A DNA stretch of 63,841 nt, counting the filler, from an uncultured Methanosarcinales archaeon (lineage in GTDB: Archaea > Nanobdellota > Nanobdellia > Woesearchaeales > CAYPCY01): assembly GCA_964409385.1 (NCBI GenBank). It is 5 parts of 5 records of this genome, joined end to end, with 100 filler letters (N's around TTAATTAATTAA, not from the genome) between each part and the next. Parts side by side here need not be neighbours in the genome. Positions count along the whole stretch, not along the records: positions 1 to 24,971 come from CAYPCY010000007.1; 4 more parts are not named here. The stretch is one strand, 5' to 3'. Below, piece after piece: positions 10,032 through 20,052 of this stretch. How positions within the stretch are numbered: the stretch's first letter is position 1; every line of letters starts with the position of its first letter. Under the pieces are notes generated by a model that did not search any database, had not been told where the DNA came from, and worked only from the letters and a program-made list of their open reading frames with translations. A program made the position numbers and the translations under genes.

Positions 10032-11360
10032 TTATTTCCCCATAAACTTCCGCATCATAGGATTCATATCCATCATATGCTGTTGAGCGATTTCCTCATA
10101 TAATTTGTAAACAATCATTACAGTTAATAATATACCTGTACCTCTTGACAATGCCCCTGATAAATCTGCAAGAGCAGCCAGTAAACCAACAGCCAAACCT
10201 CCAGTTATTGCTAATGGCCAAATATACCTGTCTAACATCCTCTCTAAAATTCTTTTATCCCTTCTAAAACCAGGCACTTGGAGCCCTGAAGATAACATTT
10301 GTTTAGCTTGGCTTTTAGAATCCATGCCTGCACTAGTAACCCAAAATGCGGAAAATATTGCTGCCCCAACCATCATGAACAAAGTATAGAATAAAGCTCT
10401 TAAAACCATTCCAAAAGTTATTGAGGAAGTTATTAATGCTTCTAACATGTTAGGTGCTGAAAACCATTGAGTAATTGCAGAACCTCCACCCGAGAAAAAT
10501 TGTGCACCTAATTGAATATTAGCCATTAATGCAGCAACTAAAATAACAGGAATATTACTAGTGTAAAGAAAATTTAAAGGCCATCTTATTCCATGACCTC
10601 TTATTCTTCCAAAACTTAATGGTATCTCTACCTTCATAGACTGTGCATAAACAGCCAATCCAAAAACAAGTAGTGTTGCTAAAATAGAAAACAATGCTCC
10701 TCCAGCAACTACAAAATTAGGATCCATGAATAAAGCTTGCAATAATCTCCAAAATGCACCCACAGTATATGCTGAACCTTCAGGAATTGTCCAAGAGAAA
10801 GTTTGAACAAAAATTTGTTGAGAAACCCCTGCTGCAATGAATAAACTTAAACCAGAACCAAAACCCCACTTACTTACTACTTCATCCATTAGCATAATCA
10901 TAAAACCACCTATGAATAATTGCACAACCAGAATTAACGGACTGAATCCTGCTGCAGGACTTAACCCTCCTAAGAAAACAAAAATGAATGCTTCGAACAA
11001 TATAAAAAACAATGCTAAAAGCTTTTGTGTTCCTTGAAATCTCTTCTTTCCTTCAGGTGTTGTAGTATCAAAATTAATTATTCCGGACCCATTAAGTAAT
11101 TGTAAAACAATGGAAGCAGTAACTATTGGACCTATACCTAAACTTATTATTGAACCGAAACTAGCTGCTAGAACAATTGATAAAAATTCAAATTGTGAAA
11201 GTGCGTTAGATCCTAATCCGATTAAAGGAACCAATCCTAAAACATAGAATATAACTAGAATTATTAAAGTCCATTTAAGCTTTTCTTTAAATGAAAGCTT
11301 CTTTTGTAACGGTCCTTTAACCTCTGGTAAGAAACTCAAGAGGGTTTGATAAAATGACAT
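10032..11360 (-). CDS. secY: Preprotein translocase SecY
   Basis: LGIGPIVTASIVLQLL, KWGFGSGLSLFIAAGV, YTSNIPVIL, GTGILLTV. Confidence 0.98.
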   Translation of the reverse strand: MSFYQTLLSFLPEVKGPLQKKLSFKEKLKWTLIILVIFYVLGLVPLIGLGSNALSQFEFLSIVLAASFGSIISLGIGPIVTASIVLQLLNGSGIINFDTTTPEGKKRFQGTQKLLALFFILFEAFIFVFLGGLSPAAGFSPLILVVQLFIGGFMIMLMDEVVSKWGFGSGLSLFIAAGVSQQIFVQTFSWTIPEGSAYTVGAFWRLLQALFMDPNFVVAGGALFSILATLLVFGLAVYAQSMKVEIPLSFGRIRGHGIRWPLNFLYTSNIPVILVAALMANIQLGAQFFSGGGSAITQWFSAPNMLEALITSSITFGMVLRALFYTLFMMVGAAIFSAFWVTSAGMDSKSQAKQMLSSGLQVPGFRRDKRILERMLDRYIWPLAITGGLAVGLLAALADLSGALSRGTGILLTVMIVYKLYEEIAQQHMMDMNPMMRKFMGK

Positions 11361-11361
11361 A

Positions 11362-11760
11362 TTATTTTATAGTTACAGAGCCTTTAGCAGACTCTATTTT
11401 CTTTATTGCTTTACTTGTTGCTTTTTCAACCTGGACTTTTATTGGTTTAGACACCATTCCAGATCCTAAAAGCTTACCATAACCTAATTCTGTTAAGTTT
11501 ATTAATTTTCCTTCTTCAGCAATAATCGCTAATCTTGTTAGAGTTATTGCTTTTTGTTTTTTTAGTATTGAAAAGAAACCTTGTTTTCCAAAATATCCTT
11601 TTTTCTTATACAAAGATGCTTTTTGGTCTGCTTTCTTTCCTGATCCTGCCTTTCCTCTCCCACCTCTATTGCCTGCGCCCCTTCTTTTCTTTTTTGAACC
11701 TCCACCATGAGTATGTGATCCTCTATATCTTGATAATTTGCTTCTTTTATTAACTGTCAT
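11362..11760 (-). CDS. rpl15: 50S ribosomal protein uL15
   Basis: RGSHTHGGG..KKRRGAGNRGGRGKAG; operon position. Confidence 0.96.
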   Translation of the reverse strand: MTVNKRSKLSRYRGSHTHGGGSKKKRRGAGNRGGRGKAGSGKKADQKASLYKKKGYFGKQGFFSILKKQKAITLTRLAIIAEEGKLINLTELGYGKLLGSGMVSKPIKVQVEKATSKAIKKIESAKGSVTIK

Positions 11761-12125
11761 AACATCCTCTCAACTAATTTAGACATTTCTTTTCCTCTGT
11801 CTCCAAGAACTCCACCTTCTTTGAATGTTTTTTTAATTCCTTTTCTTTCAAAACCGCCTTTTGGAGGGTGAAGTCTAAAAAAAGGTTTTAGTTTTCCATC
11901 TGTATTTTTTAATCCTCTTTTCGAAATTAATTTTTTGTTAACATTTTCAGAAATTTCTCCGTAAGTAACATAATCTTTTACTTTGATTAACATTCCAGAA
12001 TAATTAGGAGTGTCAGGAACTACAGTACAAGCGTGTTTTCTTTGAAGGTTTAGAAATTTTAGAGTATCTTTAATTTCTTTCTTGGCGCTGATTGTTCCTC
12101 TTATTTGAATTACTGCTATCTTCAT
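11757..12125 (-). CDS. rpl30: 50S ribosomal protein uL30
   Basis: IAVIQIRG, FRLHPPKGGF; operon position. Confidence 0.95.
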   Translation of the reverse strand: MKIAVIQIRGTISAKKEIKDTLKFLNLQRKHACTVVPDTPNYSGMLIKVKDYVTYGEISENVNKKLISKRGLKNTDGKLKPFFRLHPPKGGFERKGIKKTFKEGGVLGDRGKEMSKLVERML

Positions 12126-12895
12126 GCTAATCCCTCTCTAATAGAAACATTATCCCCGAAGTTTTGAATTATTTTTGTTGAAGTTAGTTTTCTTAATGCC
12201 TTTTCTGTTGCTTTAATTAAATTAATCTTGTTTTTTGTTTGACCTAAAGTTCTACTCCAAACATCAGTTATTCCTGCCAAGGTTAATATTTTAGCTATTT
12301 CGCTTTCCGCACATAATCCTGTTCCTTTAGGTGCGGGTAGTAAAGTTACTTTAACAGAACCTTGTTTTCCTTCTACTTTGAATGGAATACTGTGTGGATC
12401 TTTAGAAGTACTCTCCCAAGAACCACTACCCCTAGAAATTTTAAAAATGTTCAATTTTGCATTTCTTAATGCTTTTTCTCTTGCAGGAACTGTCTCTTTG
12501 CTTTTTCCATAACCTATACCTACAAAACCATTTTTATTTCCAACCACTGCAACCGTGGAAAATCTTGGTTTGTTTCCCTCTCTTGTTTTCTTTTGTGTTT
12601 GTCTAAAAACTCTTCTTTGACCTCCTCCGAACTTTCCCTTCGCCTGTCCTATAAGTAAAAGTTCAGATTCTGATTCTAAAAGAGAATCAACTATTTGAGG
12701 TTCTAAAATTTTCTTTCCTGAATCTAAAATTGTTGAAAGATCAGTTATTTTTTTGTTAAAAACTTCCTTTCCTAACCCTGTTCTTGGTGTCCAGTCTTCA
12801 CTAAGAACAACACCTATCTTCACTATTTCTTCTTCTGTTTTTGGAATATTTTCTATTTCTTCTTGTTTATCTTCGACAGGTTTTTTCTTAGTCAT
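12122..12895 (-). CDS. rps5: 30S ribosomal protein uS5
   Basis: WTPRTGLG, VVGNKNGFVGIG, PAPKGTGL. Confidence 0.96.
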   Translation of the reverse strand: MTKKKPVEDKQEEIENIPKTEEEIVKIGVVLSEDWTPRTGLGKEVFNKKITDLSTILDSGKKILEPQIVDSLLESESELLLIGQAKGKFGGGQRRVFRQTQKKTREGNKPRFSTVAVVGNKNGFVGIGYGKSKETVPAREKALRNAKLNIFKISRGSGSWESTSKDPHSIPFKVEGKQGSVKVTLLPAPKGTGLCAESEIAKILTLAGITDVWSRTLGQTKNKINLIKATEKALRKLTSTKIIQNFGDNVSIREGLA

Positions 12896-13362
12896 TTTAA
12901 TTTCTCCATGATTTTTGAAATGGATTGTGAAACTTCTTTTTTCAAGTGTATTCCTGAAATTCTTTCTTCTGAAGGAAAAATTTCTTTATTGTGAGGAATA
13001 TCAACCCCTCCATCTATAACTCCTTTTAATGCTGCGTAAATCCTTCCTTTATGTTGGTTTTTTTGTAATCCTATATCCAAAACCGCTTTTTTAAGTTTGG
13101 ACTTTTTAGCAAATAATAAGCCTGTTAAATATGCTGCAGGAATGTTTGTTCTTGAATGTTTCCAACCAAGCTTTTCTAATTCTTTTGAACTACTGCCAGT
13201 AACAACTTTATCTCCCGATTCAGAATATTCAGTTAGTTGAAAATAAATATTTTTATTAGATAATCTAATTACTAGTCTTGGAATCCTGCTTTTAGTTAAT
13301 AAAAGTCTCTTCCTGTAATTTGTTTTCTTTTCCCTTTTCCTTTTAAATTGTAATATTTTCAT
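12892..13362 (-). CDS. rpl18: 50S ribosomal protein uL18
   Basis: KTNYRKRL, RLVIRLSN, NIPAAYLTG. Confidence 0.96.
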   Translation of the reverse strand: MKILQFKRKREKKTNYRKRLLLTKSRIPRLVIRLSNKNIYFQLTEYSESGDKVVTGSSSKELEKLGWKHSRTNIPAAYLTGLLFAKKSKLKKAVLDIGLQKNQHKGRIYAALKGVIDGGVDIPHNKEIFPSEERISGIHLKKEVSQSISKIMEKLK

Positions 13363-13814
13363 TTTTTCTTATTTATCAAATTGTGTTCTTCTAAATATAA
13401 TTTAATATGTCTTTTATTTCTAAAAAAACCGCCTTTGGCTTTTAAGTAAAGAGGTCTGTACGTTTTTGAATCTAATAATTTTTTCTCTTTTATTTCTGCC
13501 AAGAATTTTCTTTGAATTCTTATTTTAGCCATCCAACTTTTCTTTTTTGGAATTCTTGCTGTTGCTTTTCCTTTTTTGGATCCTGAACCTTTCTGTCTTC
13601 CTTTTGCTCTTTGCTTTTGTTTTTTATTAGCTCTTGATCTTGAAATTCCTCTTTTTGGTTTTACAAGTATTACTCCTTCAGATATTAAATTTTTAATATC
13701 TTTTTTTGTTATTGCTTCTTTAATATCTTCTGAACTAGCTTCGTCTAGTTTAATTCTTTTTTTCGAAACTCCAGAGAGTTTTGCAGCCAGTTTTTTTTGT
13801 ATTTTAAGGTTCAT
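13359..13814 (-). CDS. rpl19e: 50S ribosomal protein eL19
   Basis: QKKLAAK, GSKKG..AR.PKK..W..IR, YLKAKGG. Confidence 0.96.
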   Translation of the reverse strand: MNLKIQKKLAAKLSGVSKKRIKLDEASSEDIKEAITKKDIKNLISEGVILVKPKRGISRSRANKKQKQRAKGRQKGSGSKKGKATARIPKKKSWMAKIRIQRKFLAEIKEKKLLDSKTYRPLYLKAKGGFFRNKRHIKLYLEEHNLINKKK

Positions 13815-13818
13815 TTTC

Positions 13819-14364
13819 TCAAATTTTCTTAGTTAAAACTTTATCTTTCTCCTTTTTCTCTTGTTCTTCTGTTTTTTCTTCTTCTTTTTCTTCCTTTTTC
13901 TTTATTTGTTTTTCTTTATTCTTTACTTTTGCTTTCTTTTCTTTCTCTTTTGCTTTCTTTTCTTCCTTTGCCTTCTTTAAAGAAGATTCTACAGTTTCTA
14001 TGAATTTTTTAGTATCAAATGAAAAAGTTATTTTATTTTTTAACCCTTCTTTAACTAATAATAATTTTTTCTTTTTTCCAACTGTTGAAGAAATTACTGC
14101 AACAGAATTTTTATCCATTGAAGAAAAATCTTTAATGTTAGAAATTAAAACTTCTTTTAATCCTTTATTGTTTAATCCTCTCACTAAATTAGGACTTCTA
14201 AATCCTTGAGATGGTTTTCTAACATATCCTTTTTTGGAAAGTCTGACTTTTGATTGTAGTCCTTTTGGTCTTCTCCAAGTATTTGATATTCCTTTTATTT
14301 TATGAGCATCCTGTCTAGTAAATGTTGGCTTTTTTGATTTTATTCTTTTTCTTACATCTATCAT
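13819..14364 (-). CDS. rpl32e: 50S ribosomal protein eL32 with charged C-terminal extension
   Basis: KKPTFTRQD, WRRPKGLQSK. Confidence 0.95.
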   Translation of the reverse strand: MIDVRKRIKSKKPTFTRQDAHKIKGISNTWRRPKGLQSKVRLSKKGYVRKPSQGFRSPNLVRGLNNKGLKEVLISNIKDFSSMDKNSVAVISSTVGKKKKLLLVKEGLKNKITFSFDTKKFIETVESSLKKAKEEKKAKEKEKKAKVKNKEKQIKKKEEKEEEKTEEQEKKEKDKVLTKKI

Positions 14365-14906
14365 TTTACTATCTTTCCCGCTTTTTCAGTAATATAAATT
14401 CCATCTTGAAAAACTCGTCTATCAAATCCGCTTCGTCTAGTTAATAATTCTATATTCGCTGCTGTTTGTCCTGCGAGTTCTTTATCTGAAGATTCTACAA
14501 CTACTTCCTCTCCATTAATGGTTACTTTTACATTCTCAACAAGATTTAATACTCTTGGAACTTTTTCTCCCAAATAATTTTTTACTTCTAGTTTATTTCC
14601 TGAAACAGAAACACTCATTGGGAAGTGACTTGAACAAACTTTTAATTTGTAAACGAATCCTTCTTGGACTCCTTTTATTAAATTGTTAATGTGTGCAATA
14701 TCTGTATTGATTTGTTTTTTTTCTCGTTTAGTTGCAGAATTACAAGAGAAAATTATTTTTGAAGAGTCAGTTTTGACTGCTATTTTTGGATTGTTAAAAT
14801 TTCTAGTTAAACTACCTAAATTTCCTGTTAGAGTTATTTCTTTTTCTTTAATTTGAGAAGTTACACCTTCTGGCAACTCAACAAATTCTGATATTTTTTC
14901 ATTCAT
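14361..14906 (-). CDS. rpl6: 50S ribosomal protein uL6
   Basis: SHFPM, NYLGEK, DRRVFQDGIYI. Confidence 0.97.
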   Translation of the reverse strand: MNEKISEFVELPEGVTSQIKEKEITLTGNLGSLTRNFNNPKIAVKTDSSKIIFSCNSATKREKKQINTDIAHINNLIKGVQEGFVYKLKVCSSHFPMSVSVSGNKLEVKNYLGEKVPRVLNLVENVKVTINGEEVVVESSDKELAGQTAANIELLTRRSGFDRRVFQDGIYITEKAGKIVK

Positions 14907-14907
14907 T

Positions 14908-15300
14908 TTAATAACAAAAAATTAATAATCTTCCTCCTAGTTTTTTTTCTTTTGCTTCGTTATGAATCATTATTCCTTTAGATGTTGAAACGACTAAAAT
15001 TCCAAAATCTTTAGCAGGTAAAAATCTTTTTTCGAATTTTTCATAATCTGAAAGTTTTATTGAATATCTTGGTTTTATGACACCAATACTGTTTATGTTG
15101 CCGAGCAAGGATATTTTCAAACTATTTCCTTGTGGTGTTTCTATTTCTTCAACAGTACCTACAAAGGAAAGTTTATTCAATAATTCCAAAACATTCTTTA
15201 TTAGTTTTGAATTAAATCTTGTTATTACTTGCTTCTTTCCTATTCTTTCAGCATTTTTTATTTCTGAAAGCACGGCCGCCAATGGATCATTTAAACTCAT
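14908..15300 (-). CDS. rps8: 30S ribosomal protein uS8
   Basis: GVIKPR, FLPAKDFGILVVSTSKGIM. Confidence 0.97.
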   Translation of the reverse strand: MSLNDPLAAVLSEIKNAERIGKKQVITRFNSKLIKNVLELLNKLSFVGTVEEIETPQGNSLKISLLGNINSIGVIKPRYSIKLSDYEKFEKRFLPAKDFGILVVSTSKGIMIHNEAKEKKLGGRLLIFCY

Positions 15301-15311
15301 TTTTACCTCTG

Positions 15312-15542
15312 TTAATTATATTTTTTAAAACCTATTCTTGAAGCAATATCTCTAAAACATTGTCTGCATAGGTGTAAACCATAAGATTTTATGTGTGCTG
15401 ATGTTCTACCACATCTTACACATTTGTGTAAAGACCTGCCACAAGATCTTTTTTTAATAGTGTTATGTTTTTTGAATTTCTTAAACGTGCCTTTTTTATG
15501 GCTTATTTGTACAATTGTTTTCTTATAATCGCTTGTCGTCAT
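15312..15542 (-). CDS. rps14: 30S ribosomal protein uS14
   Basis: CVRCGR...[11 protein letters not shown]...GFKKY. Confidence 0.95.
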   Translation of the reverse strand: MTTSDYKKTIVQISHKKGTFKKFKKHNTIKKRSCGRSLHKCVRCGRTSAHIKSYGLHLCRQCFRDIASRIGFKKYN

Positions 15543-16057
15543 TCTTCCACCACAATATTGAATTTTGATTTCATAAAATCTACTGCATCTTTCTTTCTTA
15601 CTATTTGATTTTTGCCCACTTTTGATTGTTTTATTCTTCTTCTTTTAATCCTGAATCCTGGTCTTTCAAGAGTTATTGCCACTTCAAAACCAACAACTCC
15701 CACGTCAGGATTGTATTTTACTTCAGGAATATCTATATATTCTTTAATACCAAAAGAAACATTTCCTAAATTATCAAATTGTGTTTCTTTTAATGAGTTA
15801 TCATTAGCTGAAAGTAGTCTTTTTAACAAATCTTCTGCTTGTTTTCCCCTGATTGTTAGTTTGCAACCTATTGGCAGTCCAGGTCTTAATCCCCATGCTT
15901 GAAGTCTTTTTTGTGTCACTGTCTTAAGCGGTTCTATTCCTGTTATGTGTTTTAACAAAATTAAGCCTTTCTTCAAATTATTAGGATCTTTTCCTGCTCC
16001 AACATTTAATGTGATCTTGCTTAATTTCAAATTCCTCATATTGTTTTCTTTTTTCAT
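15539..16057 (-). CDS. rpl5: 50S ribosomal protein uL5
   Basis: [28 protein letters not shown]. Confidence 0.97.
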   Translation of the reverse strand: MKKENNMRNLKLSKITLNVGAGKDPNNLKKGLILLKHITGIEPLKTVTQKRLQAWGLRPGLPIGCKLTIRGKQAEDLLKRLLSANDNSLKETQFDNLGNVSFGIKEYIDIPEVKYNPDVGVVGFEVAITLERPGFRIKRRRIKQSKVGKNQIVRKKDAVDFMKSKFNIVVEE

Positions 16058-16728
16058 AATGTTATTTTTGGTTTTGTCCCTAGTGCTAAAGCATATGCTT
16101 TTTTTGATTCGAAATGATCTTTTCCTACTTTGAACTTAATTATTGTTCCTTCTACAGATTCAACATCAACAAGCTTTCCTTTTTGATTTCCTTTTACAAG
16201 AAATGCTTTGGATCCTTTTTCTAAAGAATAAGTATTTTCTATTTTTTGTTCAGGAAGTTTTAGTAATAGTGATTGTCCTGTTTTTAATTTATTATCTTTA
16301 GTTAAAATGTTCCTTCCATCAGATAAGTTCAACTGCAGTCCTTTTTTTGTTATTGTTTTATTGTATACAGTAACTACTTTGAAATTTGCTTCTTTGTCAG
16401 AAATTTCTACATCTTTTAATTTACCTTTTTCATTTAGTGAAAGTCTATACTGTTTTTTACCTATAGAAACAACTGAAGCAAATCCTACAGGGAATTTGTG
16501 ATCTTTTCTTTTTCTAGAATCAACAAATACTGTTCCAAAAGTTAATAATTGTTTAACTTCTTTATTATTTCTACAAATTCTTGTCATTTCTATTAAGAAT
16601 GAACTTATTGGAACTGTTAATTCAAGAGGTCTTGAACCAGGATTTGGTCTTTTAATGAAAGTGTTTTTCTTTCTATTAAAAGGCCAGGTTTTTGGCATCG
16701 AAATCCTTTTCAAATGTGCTTTTGTCAT
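16054..16728 (-). CDS. rps4e: 30S ribosomal protein eS4
   Basis: HLKRISMPKTW, FPVG, QLNLSDGRN. Confidence 0.94.
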   Translation of the reverse strand: MTKAHLKRISMPKTWPFNRKKNTFIKRPNPGSRPLELTVPISSFLIEMTRICRNNKEVKQLLTFGTVFVDSRKRKDHKFPVGFASVVSIGKKQYRLSLNEKGKLKDVEISDKEANFKVVTVYNKTITKKGLQLNLSDGRNILTKDNKLKTGQSLLLKLPEQKIENTYSLEKGSKAFLVKGNQKGKLVDVESVEGTIIKFKVGKDHFESKKAYALALGTKPKITL

Positions 16729-17105
16729 TTTTTCCTCTCTAAAACCTTTAATCTTCTTTTATCATCTAAATTCAAGTCAACTATTAGTAAATTTGAAGGT
16801 TCTAAAGGCGCTTGTGTTGTGGACTTGTCTTTTTTTGTTATTGTTAATTTTGAACTGTATATTTTAGAAGTTGTTACATTAATTGAATCTACTTTTACTT
16901 CTTGTCCTTTGAAATTGCCTCTTAAAACCTTAATTTTATCTCCTATTCTTACTCTTAAACTCCTACAAACATATTTTTTTCTAAGATTTTTATCTAAATG
17001 GATTGAAAGAAATTTATTTTTAATGTGCACGGGTGAGTTAGCTCTATATTTTCTTTGTTTCTTCGGGTTTTTGCTTTTAATCCAATATTTTGAAAAAATC
17101 TTCAT
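16725..17105 (-). CDS. rpl24: 50S ribosomal protein uL24
   Basis: SKNPKKQRK, VRIGDKIKVLRG; start moved to ATG overlapping uL14 stop. Confidence 0.94.
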   Translation of the reverse strand: MKIFSKYWIKSKNPKKQRKYRANSPVHIKNKFLSIHLDKNLRKKYVCRSLRVRIGDKIKVLRGNFKGQEVKVDSINVTTSKIYSSKLTITKKDKSTTQAPLEPSNLLIVDLNLDDKRRLKVLERKK

Positions 17106-17503
17106 ACTATTATCCTCGCTACTTTGGCTATGCCTGGCCACCTGTCACATGCTTCTTTTGCGATTGGTCCTTTGAATATTGTTCCTTTAGGATTGCCTTT
17201 TGTATCTTTACAAACGACCGCTGCATTATCTTCAAATTTTATTCTTATGCCGTCTGGTCTTCTGTATTCTTTTTTTTGTCTCACAATAACTGCAGTAACT
17301 ACTTGTTTTCTCATGTCTGGACGACCCGATTTTACTGCTGCTACAACCATATCTCCTATGCCTGCCGCGGCTATTCTACCCTTAACTGTTTTTGAGCCTT
17401 TCACACCAAATATTTTTATTGTTTTAGCTCCTGAATTATCACAAGTTGGGATTGTTGCCTCTAAAGGTAGTGCATTTGTTACTGATGCTTTTATTGCTTT
17501 CAT
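17102..17503 (-). CDS. rpl14: 50S ribosomal protein uL14
   Basis: [25 protein letters not shown]. Confidence 0.98.
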   Translation of the reverse strand: MKAIKASVTNALPLEATIPTCDNSGAKTIKIFGVKGSKTVKGRIAAAGIGDMVVAAVKSGRPDMRKQVVTAVIVRQKKEYRRPDGIRIKFEDNAAVVCKDTKGNPKGTIFKGPIAKEACDRWPGIAKVARIIV

Positions 17504-17772
17504 TCTTTTATTACCTCTACAACTATGAAATGTTTAGTTTTTGATAATGGTCTTGTTTCCATTATTTTCACTTTGTCTCCTTCTTTCGCATTTATTAAAG
17601 CTGGATTGTGTGCTTTTACTTTGGAACGTTTTTTCTCATATCTTTCGTATTTAGGTATGTATTTCCTGTGTGTCCATTCTACTGTGACTGTTTTACTGGC
17701 CTTGTCGCTAATTACTTTGCCAACAAAACTTCTTCCTCTCGAACTTATTTTCTTTTTTGTTAGTTCATTCAT
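17500..17772 (-). CDS. rps17: 30S ribosomal protein uS17
   Basis: [24 protein letters not shown]. Confidence 0.97.
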   Translation of the reverse strand: MNELTKKKISSRGRSFVGKVISDKASKTVTVEWTHRKYIPKYERYEKKRSKVKAHNPALINAKEGDKVKIMETRPLSKTKHFIVVEVIKE

Positions 17773-17981
17773 CTTATTCTTTCTTCTGGTCTTTTCAAAA
17801 TGTTATTTCCTTGAATTTTATTGTTGTTTATTCTGAATTCTTTTCCTTTTTTCAATATTGTTTTATCTCCTTGTTGTGTTCTTATTGTGAAAGTGAATTT
17901 TGTTTCATTTATTATTGTTCCTGTGATATCTTTATTTTGAAAGTCTAACGAGACCTTCTTGCCGATAAATTCTTTTTCCAT
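17769..17981 (-). CDS. rnp1: Ribonuclease P protein Rpp29
   Basis: EFIG...GTIINETK...G..ILKRPEER; conserved position before uS17. Confidence 0.85.
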   Translation of the reverse strand: MEKEFIGKKVSLDFQNKDITGTIINETKFTFTIRTQQGDKTILKKGKEFRINNNKIQGNNILKRPEERIR

Positions 17982-18301
17982 CGTATGTTTATTGTTTCTG
18001 GAGGAAATCCTAAATCCACTAGACTGTTTGTGAAGTTGGTTTGTGCGTCTTGTGTCCTTATGTGATTTCCTTGAAGTTCGATTTTTCCTTCTTTTGCTGT
18101 TCCTCCACAGGCAAATTTATTCTTTAGTTTTTTTGTTAAATCTTTAATATCTATATCTTTTGTGTCGAGTCCTGTTATTATGGTATATTCTTTTCCGAAT
18201 TTTTTCCTTTCGATCTTTATTGTTATTTCTTGGCTTTCTTTAGCTATTTCTTCACACATGCAAAGATCGTTTGGTAAGCCGCAAGTTGTACATACTGTCA
18301 T
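17945..18301 (-). CDS. Translation initiation factor SUI1/aIF1
   Basis: [29 protein letters not shown]. Confidence 0.95.
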   Translation of the reverse strand: MTVCTTCGLPNDLCMCEEIAKESQEITIKIERKKFGKEYTIITGLDTKDIDIKDLTKKLKNKFACGGTAKEGKIELQGNHIRTQDAQTNFTNSLVDLGFPPETINIRWKKNLSARRSR

Positions 18302-18480
18302 TTGTTTAAAGTTTTTAACCTCGCAATTGTTCTTTTTAATTTTTTTATTTGTGAAGGGCTTTTTGGGTTTGAACCTGTGGATACTTGACCTTTTAATTTC
18401 ATTAATTCTAAACTAATTTCTGCTAGTTTTTTCTTCGTGTCTTGTTCGTTCAAGTTCTTTAATTCTTCAGTTTTTTTCAT
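18298..18480 (-). CDS. rpl29: 50S ribosomal protein uL29
   Basis: ELKNL...[13 protein letters not shown]. Confidence 0.92.
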   Translation of the reverse strand: MKKTEELKNLNEQDTKKKLAEISLELMKLKGQVSTGSNPKSPSQIKKLKRTIARLKTLNK

Positions 18481-19252
18481 TTTTCTTCTTTGTTTTTGTT
18501 TCTTTTACTTCTTCTTTTGGGGTTTCTTTAACTATTTCTTCTTTAACTTCTTTTTTAGGTGTTTTTTTAACAGTTTTTTTCTTTTCTTTAGTTTCTTTTT
18601 TAGTGATTTTTTCTTTAGATTCTTCTTCAGGTTCTTCAGTAACTTCTTCAATGGTTGGTTCTAAAAATCTAACATCATCTGGGAGTCTTACATTTGGTGG
18701 CATTATTGTGACTTTAATACCTACAACTCCGCTTTTTAACTTTACATTTTTCTTGGCGGATAAAATATCTGTTATTGCAATATCCCCGCATTTTTTTAAG
18801 TATCCTTGATAGAATCTCCATGTTTTTGCTCTCATACTTGGTATTCTTCCAGATATTAAAATTTCAACACCTTTAGCGCCTGCACCCATTACTTCTGACA
18901 TTGACTTATGGCCCAGTCCTTTGAACCTTGCAACTCCAAATCTTTCCATTGCAGAACCTATTTTTTCAGCAATAATAATAGGATCTAAACTCGGATTTTC
19001 AATCTCGCTAATTTCTACTTGTGGGTTTTCAAGATTGAATCTTTCTTTCAATTCTTTTGTTAGTTTTGTAATATTAGTACCGCCTCTACCAACTACCAAG
19101 CCAGGTCTTGAAGTAAATATAACTATTTTATCTCCTAATGGTGTTCTCAAAAGTTTGGATTTTGAATGACCAACTCCTGACATTTTAGAGTCTATAAACT
19201 CTTTAATTTGAAATTCTTTTATGTTTTCCTTAACAAATTTTCTTTCTATCAT
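18467..19252 (-). CDS. rps3: 30S ribosomal protein uS3 with K/E-rich tail
   Basis: RTPLG, RPGLVVGRGG, GAKGVEILISG; start moved to MIERKF. Confidence 0.96.
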   Translation of the reverse strand: MIERKFVKENIKEFQIKEFIDSKMSGVGHSKSKLLRTPLGDKIVIFTSRPGLVVGRGGTNITKLTKELKERFNLENPQVEISEIENPSLDPIIIAEKIGSAMERFGVARFKGLGHKSMSEVMGAGAKGVEILISGRIPSMRAKTWRFYQGYLKKCGDIAITDILSAKKNVKLKSGVVGIKVTIMPPNVRLPDDVRFLEPTIEEVTEEPEEESKEKITKKETKEKKKTVKKTPKKEVKEEIVKETPKEEVKETKTKKKNEKN

Positions 19253-19674
19253 TTTTTTATTTCTGCCACTTGAATTTGTAAATGTGTTCTTTTTGCTTTT
19301 CTTCTTCTTTGTCTTCCATATTTCCAAGGTCTTGATGCTTTTTGGGCGAGTATTGTTGAAATTTTTAACTCTTCTGATAATCCTTTATCTGTAGCGTTTG
19401 CTTTTGCTAAATTTAACAAGGTTAGGAAACTTTTTGAGGCATTCATAGGATATTTTCCGGAACCTATTCTTGGTTTATGACCTGCTCCGTTAGTGAATCT
19501 TCTAAAAGGGACTGCTTCTTTCTTTGAAATTACTCTTTCAAGAAACGCTGTTGCTTTTTCTAAATTCATTTTTCTTAGTTTATTGCATAATTCTATACTG
19601 TCTTTAGTTGATATAGACATGTCTAATAATGCTGCCCTTGCTGTTTTTTCCTCTTGTTTAAATGCATATTTCAT
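19249..19674 (-). CDS. rpl22: 50S ribosomal protein uL22
   Basis: ISTKDSIELC, AVPFRRF, GKYP. Confidence 0.95.
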   Translation of the reverse strand: MKYAFKQEEKTARAALLDMSISTKDSIELCNKLRKMNLEKATAFLERVISKKEAVPFRRFTNGAGHKPRIGSGKYPMNASKSFLTLLNLAKANATDKGLSEELKISTILAQKASRPWKYGRQRRRKAKRTHLQIQVAEIKK

Positions 19675-20051
19675 CTTACTGATACTGAAGCGCTTGACTT
19701 TGTGGCTCCAACTCCTGGTGCACTATGTGCTGTTCTTTTTCTTGTTAGAGCAAATTCTCCAAGTCTGTGTCCTATCATTTCTGCAACTATTTCTAGCTTT
19801 TCAAACTTGTTTCCTTTATGTATAAGAACTGTTTTTCCAACCATTAAAGGAATGATAATTATTGTTCTACAATGTGTTTTTACATTATTCTTAACTGATA
19901 TTTTATTCATGAACGTTTTTTCTGCATCTGTATATCCTCTATTTATACTTCTTCTATATTTAGAAGGTAGTAATTTAGCGAATTCTTTAATATCTAAAGC
20001 TAATAATTGATCTAGTGTTTTTCCTCTATACGTAAATTCTTTCTTTGCCAT
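19671..20051 (-). CDS. rps19: 30S ribosomal protein uS19
   Basis: FTYRG, KTHCR, MIGHRLGEF, PGVGATKSS. Confidence 0.97.
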   Translation of the reverse strand: MAKKEFTYRGKTLDQLLALDIKEFAKLLPSKYRRSINRGYTDAEKTFMNKISVKNNVKTHCRTIIIIPLMVGKTVLIHKGNKFEKLEIVAEMIGHRLGEFALTRKRTAHSAPGVGATKSSASVSVR

Positions 20052-20052
20052 T

